The notes below the pieces were generated by a model. The model ran no database searches, was not told the DNA's origin, and saw nothing but the letters and a program-made list of their open reading frames with translations. DNA of 64,000 bases from Balanoglossus misakiensis (lineage: Eukaryota; Animalia; Hemichordata), in the NCBI GenBank assembly GCA_040954595.2, contig CM082591.2, positions 11,425,309-11,489,308 of the forward strand, in the 5' to 3' direction. Shown piece by piece: positions 56,101-64,000 of the stretch; positions within the stretch are counted from its first letter, which is position 1, and every line of letters starts with the position of its first letter. Made by a program: the position numbers and the translations under genes.

Positions 56101-59100
56101 ACGCATCACAACAGAATTAAATTAATAAACGTGGCTGTGTTTGGAAGCAACCATGGAAATTTTAGAACTATCCGTCGATCTACTGAGTCTAGTGGAAAAC
56201 TTTCTTATGCGCATAGGCATATCATGTGTTCTGCGCATCACAACAGAATTTTGTAAACAAACGAGGATGTGTTTGGAAGCAACCATGGAAACTTTAGAAC
56301 TATCCGTCAATCTACAGAGTCTAGTGGAAAACTTTCTTATCCTCATAGGCCTATCATGTGTTCTGCGCATCACAACAGAATTTTGTAAACAAACAAGGCT
56401 GTGTTTGGAAGCAACCATGGAAACTTTAGAACTATCCGTCAATCTACAGAGTCTAGTGGAAAACTTTCTTATCCTCATAGGCCTATCATGTGTTCTGCGC
56501 ATCACAACAGAATTTTGTAAACAAACAAGGCAACCATGGAAACTTTAGAACTATCCGTCGATCTACAGAGTCTAGTGGAAAACTTTCTTATGCGCATAGG
56601 CCTATCATGTGTTCTGCGCATCACAACAGAATTTTGTAAACAAACGTGGCTGTGTTTGGAAGCAACCATGGAAACTTTAGAACTATCCGTCGATCTACAG
56701 AGTCTATCAGTAAACTTTCTCATGCGCATAGGTCTATCGTGTGTTCTGCGCATCACAACATATTTCCTTAAATAAACGAGGCTGTGTTTGGAAGCAACCA
56801 TGGAAATTTTAGAACTATCCATCGATCTACTGAGTCTAGTCGAAAACTTTCTTATGCGCATAGGCATATCTATGTGTTCTGCGCATCACAACAGAATTCG
56901 GTAAATAAACGAGGGTGTGTTTGGAAGCAACCATGGAAATTTTAGAACTATCCGTCCATCTACAGAGTCTAGTGGAAAACTTTCTTATGCGCATAGGCTT
57001 ATCTATGTGTTCTACGCATCTCAACAGAATTCGGTAAATAAACGAGGCTGTGTTTGGAAGCAACCATGGAAATTTTAGAACTATCCGTCCATCTACAGAG
57101 TCTAGTGGAAAACTTCCTTATGCGCTTAGGCCTATCATGTGTCCTGCGCATCACAACAGAATTCAATTAATAAACGTGGCTGTGTTTGGAAGCAACCATG
57201 GAAATTTTAGAACTATCCGTCGATCTACAGAGTGTAGTCGAAAACTTTCTTATGCGCATAGACCTATCAAGTGTTCTGCGCATCACAACAGAATTTTGTA
57301 AACAAACGAGGCTGTGTTTGGAAGCAACCATGGAAACTTTAGAACTACCCGTCGATCTACAGAGTCCAGTGGAAAACTTTCTTATGCGCATAGACCTATC
57401 ATATGTTCTGCGCATCACAACAGAATTTTGTAAACAAACGAGGCTGTGTTTGGAAGCAACCATGGAAACTTTAGAACTATCCGTCGATCTACAGAGTCTA
57501 GTGGAAAACTTTTTTATGCGCATAGGCCTATCATGTATTCTGCGCATCACAACAGATTTCCTTAAATAACGAGGCTGTGTTTGGAAGCAACCATGGAAAT
57601 TTTAGAACTATCCGTCGATCTACTGAGTCTAGTGGAAAACTTTCTTATGCGCATAGGCCTATCATGTGTTTTGCGCATCACAACAGAATTAAATTAATAA
57701 ACGTAGCTGTGTGTGGAAGCAACCATGGAAATTTTAGAACTATCCGTCGATCTACTGAGTCTAGTGGAAAACTTTCTTATGCGCATAGGCCTATCATGTG
57801 TTTTGCGCATCACAACAGAATTAAATTAATAAACGTAGCTGTGTTTGGAAGCAACCATGGAAATGTTAGAACTATCCGTCGATCTACTGAGTCTAGTGGA
57901 AAACTTTCTTATGCGCATAGGCCTATCATGTGTTTTGCGCATCACAACAGAATTAAATTAATAAACGTGGCTGTGTTTGGAAGCAACCATGAAAATTTTA
58001 GAACTATCCGTCGATCTACTGAGTCTAGTGGACAACTTTCTTATGCGCATAGGCCTATCATGTGTTTTGCGCATCACAAAAGAACTCGGTAAATAAACGA
58101 GGATGTGTTTGGAAGCATCCATGGAAATTGTAGAACTATCTGTCGATCTGCGGAGTCTATCAGAAAACTTTCTCATGCGCATAGGTCTATCGTGTGTTCT
58201 GCGAATCACAACAGATTTCCTCAAATAAACGAGGCTGTGTTTGGAAGCATTCATGGAAATTTTAGAACTATCCGTCGATCTACAGAGTCCATCAGAAAAC
58301 TTTCTCATGCGCATAGGTCTATCGTGTATTCTGCGCATCACAACAGATTTCCTTAAATAACGAGGCTGTGTTTGGAAGCAACCATGGAAATTTTAGAACT
58401 AACCGTCGATCTACTGAGTCTAGTGGAAAACTTTCTTACGCGCATAGGCCTATCATGTGTTTTGCGCATCACAACAGAATTTTGTAAACAAACGAGGCTG
58501 TGTTTGGAAGCAACCATGGAAACTTTAGAACTATCCGTCGATCTACAGAGTCTAGTGGAAAACTTTTTTATGCGCATAGGCCTATCATGTATTCTGCGCA
58601 TCACAACAGATTTCCTTAAATAACGAGGCTGTGTTTGGAAGCAACCATGGAAATTTTAGAACTATCCGTCGATCTACTGAGTCTAGTGGAAAACTTTCTT
58701 ATGCGCATAGGCCTATCATGTGTTTTGCGCATCACAACAGAATTAAATTAATAAACGTAGCTGTGTTTGGAAGCAACCATGGAAACTTTAGAACTACCCG
58801 TCGATCTACAGAGTCCAGTGGAAAACTTTCTTATGCGCATAGACCTATCATATGTTCTGCGCATCACAACAGAATTTTGTAAACAAACGAGGCTGTGTTT
58901 GGAAGCAACCATGGAAACTTTAGAACTATCCGTCGATCTACAGAGTCTAGTGGAAAACGTTTTTATGCGCATAGGCCTATCATGTATTCTGCGCATCACA
59001 ACAGATTTCCTTAAATAACGAGGCTGTGTTTGGAAGCAACCATGGAAATTTTAGAACTATCCGTCGATCTACTGAGTCTAGTGGAAAACTTTCTTATGCG

Positions 59101-59850
59101 CATAGGCCTATCATGTGTTTTGCGCATCACAACAGAATTAAATTAATAAACGTAGCTGTGTTTGGAAGCAACCATGGAAATTTTAGAACTATCCGTCGAT
59201 CTACTGAGTCTAGTGGAAAACTTTCTTATGCGCATAGGCCTATCATGTGTTTTGCGCATCACAACAGAATTAAATTAATAAACGTAGCTGTGTTTGGAAG
59301 CAACCATGGAAATGTTAGAACTATCCGTCGATCTACTGAGTCTAGTGGAAAACTTTCTTATGTGCATAGGCCTATCATGTGTTTTGCGCATCACAACAGA
59401 ATTAAATTAATAAACGTGGCTGTGTTTGGAAGCAACCATGAAAATTTTAGAACTATCCGTCGATCTACTGAGTCTAGTGGACAACTTTCTTATGCGCATA
59501 GGCCTATCATGTGTTTTGCGCATCACAAAAGAACTCGGTAAATAAACGAGGATGTGTTTGGAAGCATCCATGGAAATTCTAGAACTATCTGTCGATCTGC
59601 GGAGTCTATCAGAAAACTTTCTCATGCGCATAGGTCTATCGTGTGTTCTGCGAATCACAACAGATTTCCTCAAATAAACGAGGCTGTGTTTGGAAGCATT
59701 CATGGAAATTTTAGAACTATCCGTCGATCTACAGAGTCCATCAGAAAACTTTCTCATGCGCATAGGTCTATCGTGTATTCTGCGCATCACAACAGATTTC
59801 CTTAAATAACGAGGCTGTGTTTGGAAGCAACCATGGAAATTTTAGAACTA
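51440..59850 (+). repeat. 33-monomer block duplication, period 4327 bp, with internal 11-mer (1449 bp)
   Basis: ORF pairs 51540/55867, 52723/57050, 53778/58105 and 55227/59554 are offset by 4327 with identical translations. The internal pair 53778/55227 is offset by 1449. Confidence 0.93.
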
Positions 59851-62800
59851 TCCGTCGATCTACTGAGTCTAGTGGAAAACTTTCTTATGCGCATAGGCCT
59901 ATCATGTGTTTTGCGCATCACAACAGAATTAAATTAATAAACGTAGCTGTGTTTGGAAGCAACCATGGAAATTTTAGAACTATCCGTCGATCTACTGAGT
60001 CTAGTGGAAAACTTTCTTATGCGCATAGGCCTATCATGTGTTCTGCGCATCACAACAGAATCTTGTAAACAAACGAGGATGTGTTTGGAAGCAACCATGG
60101 AAACTTTAGAACTATCCGTCAATCTACAGAGTCTAGTGGAAAACTTTCTTATCCTCATAGGCCTATCATGTGTTCTGCGCATCACAACAGAATTTTGTAA
60201 ACAAACAAGGCTGTGTTTGGAAGCAACCATGGAAACTTTAGAACTATCCGTCAATCTACAGAGTCTAGTGGAAAACTTTCTTATCCTCATAGGCCTATCA
60301 TGTGTTCTGCGCATCACAACAGAATTTTGTAAACAAACAAGGCTGTGTTTGGAAGCAACCATGGAAACTTTAGAACTATCCGTCAATCTACAGAGTCTAG
60401 TGGAAAACTTTCTTATCCTCATAGGCCCATTATGTGTTCTGCGCATCACAACAGAATTTTGTAAACAAACAAGGCAACCATGGAAACTTTAGAACTATCC
60501 GTCGATCTACAGAGTCTAGTGGAAAACTTTCTTATGCGCATAGGCCTATCATGTGTTCTGCGCATCACAACAGAATTTTGTAAACAAACGTGGCTGTGTT
60601 TGGAAGCAACCATGGAAACTTTAGAACTATCCGTCGATCTACAGAGTCTAGTGGAAAACTTTCTTATGCGCATAGGCCTATCATGTGTTCTGCGCATCAC
60701 AACAGAATTTTGTAAACAAACGAGGCTGTGTTTGGAAGCATCCATGGAAATTTTAGAACTATCCGTCGATCTACAGAGTCTATCAGAAAACTTTCTCATG
60801 CGCATAGGTCTATCGTGTGTTCTGCGCATCACAACAGATTTCCTTAAATAAACGAGGCTGTGTTTGGAAGCAACCATGGAAATTTTAGAACTATCCATCG
60901 ATCTACTGAGTCTAGTCGAAAACGTTCTTATGCGCATAGGCATATCTATGTGTTCTGCGCATCACAACAGAATTCGGTAAATAAACGAGGGTGTGTTTGG
61001 AAGCAACCATGGAAATTTTAGAACTATCCGTCCATCTACAGAGTCTAGTGGAAAACTTTCTTATGCGCATAGGCTTATCTATGTTTTCTACGCATCACAA
61101 CAGAATTCGGTAAATAAACGAGGCTGTGTTTGGAAGCAACCATGGAAATTTTAGAACTATCCGTCCATCTACAGAGTCTAGTGGAAAACTTCCTTATGCG
61201 CTTAGGCCTATCATGTGTCCTGCGCATCACAACAGAATTCAATTAATAAACGTGGCTGTGTTTGGAAGCAACCATGGAAATTTTAGAACTATCCGTCGAT
61301 CTACAGAGTGTAGTCGAAAACTTTCTTATCCTCATAGGCCTATCATGTGTTCTGCGCATCACAACAGAATTTTGTAAACAAACAAGGCTGTGTTTGGAAG
61401 CAACCATGGAAACTTTAGAACTATCCGTCAATCTACAGAGTCTAGTGGAAAACTTTCTTATCCTCATAGGCCTATCATGTGTTCTGCGCATCACAACAGA
61501 ATTTTGTAAACAAACAAGGCTGTGTTTGGAAGCAACCATGGAAACTTTAGAACTATCCGTCAATCTACAGAGTCTAGTGGAAAACTTTCTTATCCTCATA
61601 GGCCTATCATGTGTTCTGCGCATCACAACAGAATTTTGTAAACAAACAAGGCAACCATGGAAACTTTAGAACTATCCGTCGATCTACAGAGTCTAGTGGA
61701 AAACTTTCTTATGCGCATAGGCCTATCATGTGTTCTGCGCATCACAACAGAATTTTGTAAACAAACGTGGCTGTGTTTGGAAGCAACCATGGAAACTTTA
61801 GAACTATCCGTCGATCTACAGAGTCTAGTGGAAAACTTTCTTATGCGCATAGGCCTATCATGTGTTCTGCGCATCACAACAGAATTTTGTAAACAAACGA
61901 GGCTGTGTTTGGAAGCATCCATGGAAATTTTAGAACTATCCGTCGATCTACAGAGTCTATCAGAAAACTTTCTCATGCGCATAGGTCTATCGTGTGTTCT
62001 GCGCATCACAACAGATTTCCTTAAATAAACGAGGCTGTGTTTGGAAGCAACCATGGAAATTTTAGAACTATCCATCGATCTACTGAGTCTAGTCGAAAAC
62101 TTTCTTATGCGCATAGGCATATCTATGTGTTCTGCGCATCACAACAGAATTCGGTAAATAAACGAGGGTGTGTTTGGAAGCAACCATAGAAATTTTAGAA
62201 CTATCCGTCCATCTACAGAGTCTAGTGGAAAACTTCCTTATGCGCTTAGGCCTATCATGTGTCCTGCGCATCACAACAGAATTCAATTAATAAACGTGGC
62301 TGTGTTTGGAAGCAACCATGGAAATTTTAGAACTATCCGTCGATCTACAGAGTGTAGTCGAAAACTTTCTTATGCGCATAGACCTATCATGTGTTCTGCG
62401 AATCACAACAGATTTCCTCAAATAAACGAGGCTGTGTTTGGAAGCATTCATGGAAATTTTAGAACTATCCGTCGATCTACAGAGTCCATCAGAAAACTTT
62501 CTCATGCGCATAGGTCTATCGTGTATTCTGCGCATCACAACAGATTTCCTTAAATAACGAGGCTGTGTTTGGAAGCAACCATGGAAATTTTAGAACTATC
62601 CGTCGATCTACTGAGTCTAGTGGAAAACTTTCTTATGCGCATAGGCCTATCATGTGTTTTGCGCATCACAACAGAATTAAATTAATAAACGTAGCTGTGT
62701 TTGGAAGCAACCATGGAAATTTTAGAACTATCCGTCGATCTACTGAGTCTAGTGGAAAACTTTCTTATGCGCATAGGCCTATCATGTGTTCTGCGCATCA

Positions 62801-63350
62801 CAACAGAATTTTGTAAACAAACGAGGATGTGTTTGGAAGCAACCATGGAAACTTTAGAACTATCCGTCAATCTACAGAGTCTAGTGGAAAACTTTCTTAT
62901 CCTCATAGGCCTATCATGTGTTCTGCGCATCACAACAGAATTTTGTAAACAAACAAGGCTGTGTTTGGAAGCAACCATGGAAACTTTAGAACTATCCGTC
63001 AATCTACAGAGTCTAGTGGAAAACTTTCTTATCCTCATAGGCCTATCATGTGTTCTGCGCATCACAACAGAATTTTGTAAACAAACAAGGCTGTGTTTGG
63101 AAGCAACCATGGAAACTTTAGAACTATCCGTCAATCTACAGAGTCTAGTGGAAAACTTTCTTATCCTCATAGGCCTATCATGTGTTCTGCGCATCACAAC
63201 AGAATTTTGTAAACAAACAAGGCAACCATGGAAACTTTAGAACTATCCGTCGATCTACAGAGTCTAGTGGAAAACTTTCTTATGCGCATAGGCCTATCAT
63301 GTGTTCTGCGCATCACAACAGAATTTTGTAAACAAACGAGGCTGTGTTTG
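59650..63350 (+). repeat. Terminal domain with 21-monomer (2748 bp) and 9-monomer (1177 bp) duplications
   Basis: ORF pairs 59817/62565 and 59953/62701 are offset by 2748. The pairs 60446/61623 and 60480/61657 are offset by 1177. Confidence 0.85.
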
Positions 63351-63961
63351 GAAGCAACCATGGAAATTTTAGAACTATCCGTCGATCTACAGAGTGTAGT
63401 CGAAAACTTTCTTATGCGCATAGACCTATCATGTGTTCTGCGCATCACAACAGAATTTTGTAAACAAACGAGGCTGTGTTTGGGAGCAACCATGGAAACT
63501 TTAGAACTACCCGTCGATCTACAGAGTCCAGTGGAAAACTTTCTTATGCGCATAGACCTATCATATGTTCTGCGCATCACAACAGAATTTTGTAAACAGA
63601 CGAGGCTGTGTTTGGAAGCAACCATGGAAACTTTAGAACTATCCGTCGATCTACAGAGTCTAGTGGAAAACTGTTTTATGCGCATAGGCCTATCATGTAT
63701 TCTGCGCATCACAACAGATTTCCTTAAATAACGAGGCTGTGTTTGGAAGCAACCATGGAAATTTTAGAACTATCCGTCGATCTACTGAGTGTAGTGGAAA
63801 ACTTTCTTATGCACATAGGCCTATCATGTGTTTTGCGCATCACAACAGAATTAAATTAATAAACGTAGCTGTGTTTGGAAGCAACCATGGAAATTTTAGA
63901 ACTATCCGTCGATCTACTGAGTCTAGTGGAAAACTTTCTTATGCGCATAGTCTATCATGTG

Positions 63962-64000
63962 TGATAATTACATATAATCGCATGGGTTGCGCCTATCGAC
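63962..64000. other. Non-satellite sequence abutting the array mid-monomer; possible terminus of an inserted element (LTR-like TG start) or array boundary
   Basis: After ...CTATCATGTGT the expected TCTGCGCATCAC is replaced by GATAATTACATATAATCGCATGGGTTGCGCCTATCGAC, which does not align to the monomer on either strand. The break itself is clear; its identity cannot be determined from 39 bp. Confidence 0.7.

Larger units (their letters stand above)
1..63962 (+). repeat. 132-bp tandem satellite array (~485 monomers, single orientation), centromere/pericentromere-like
   Basis: The motif TGTGTTTGGAAGCAACCATGGAAA recurs every 131-133 bp from position 17 to the window end. The consensus counts to 132 bp, and ORF translations repeat every 44 aa. 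No reverse-orientation monomer was seen. The centromeric assignment is inference from architecture only. Confidence 0.99.

Noticed and set aside
18-63731. Hundreds of 60-260 aa ORFs on both strands (FGSNHGNFRTIRRS..., MEATMEILELSVDL..., MVASKHS...)
   Set aside because: The monomer length is 3x44 and several frames lack stops in given subtypes. The ORFs overlap in multiple frames and strands, and they frameshift at 131/133-bp monomers. They resemble no domain I recognise, and there is no sign of frame preservation.
1-63962. CRISPR-like pattern of a conserved block alternating with a variable block
   Set aside because: The variable segments are alignable alleles drawn from about six recurring types, not unique spacers. 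The constant part is over 100 bp, and there are no cas genes or leader.
1-63962. Tandem RNA-gene array (5S rDNA, tRNA, snRNA, SL RNA), given the 119-132 bp unit size
   Set aside because: I see no recognisable 5S internal control region, tRNA A/B boxes or cloverleaf, or Sm-site gene plus spacer layout. The 119-bp variant is simply a deletion allele. An Infernal/Rfam scan would confirm.
1-63962. CENP-B box or telomeric repeat
   Set aside because: No match to NTTCGNNNNANNCGGGN was seen on either strand of the consensus, and there are no TTAGGG or TTTAGGG runs. The single TTAGG in the GCGCTTAGGCC variant is incidental.
1-63962. Strand inversion or internal transposon fragments within the array
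   Set aside because: I saw no reverse-complement monomer (TTGCTTCCAAACACAG) or foreign insert before 63962. The minus-strand ORFs are only antisense readings.

Overview
Positions 1 to ~63962 are one uninterrupted head-to-tail tandem array of a 132-bp satellite: about 485 monomers, all in the same orientation, with a consensus of ~41% GC. The consensus read from the sequence is GGCTGTGTTTGGAAGCAACCATGGAAATTTTAGAACTATCCGTCGATCTACTGAGTCTAGTGGAAAACTTTCTTATGCGCATAGGCCTATCATGTGTTCTGCGCATCACAACAGAATTTTGTAAACAAACGA. This architecture is typical of eukaryotic centromeric or pericentromeric satellite DNA; I do not recognise the family or species. There are no credible genes: the hundreds of ORFs are 44-aa-periodic read-through of a monomer whose length is divisible by 3. 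The informative structure is higher-order. At least six monomer subtypes recur in a stereotyped order, and local higher-order repeats (HORs) of 4 to 33 monomers change along the array and are often nested. Microhomology-flanked deletions serve as regional lineage markers. The monomer contains overlapping palindromes, shows a possible ~44-bp ancestral sub-repeat, and has deamination-type variants at every CpG. The array breaks mid-monomer in the last ~39 bp into unrelated sequence beginning TG(ATAA), which may be the end of an inserted LTR retrotransposon. I see no evidence for a novel protein-coding or CRISPR-like system. HOR boundaries were estimated by eye and from ORF-track offsets, so they are approximate.
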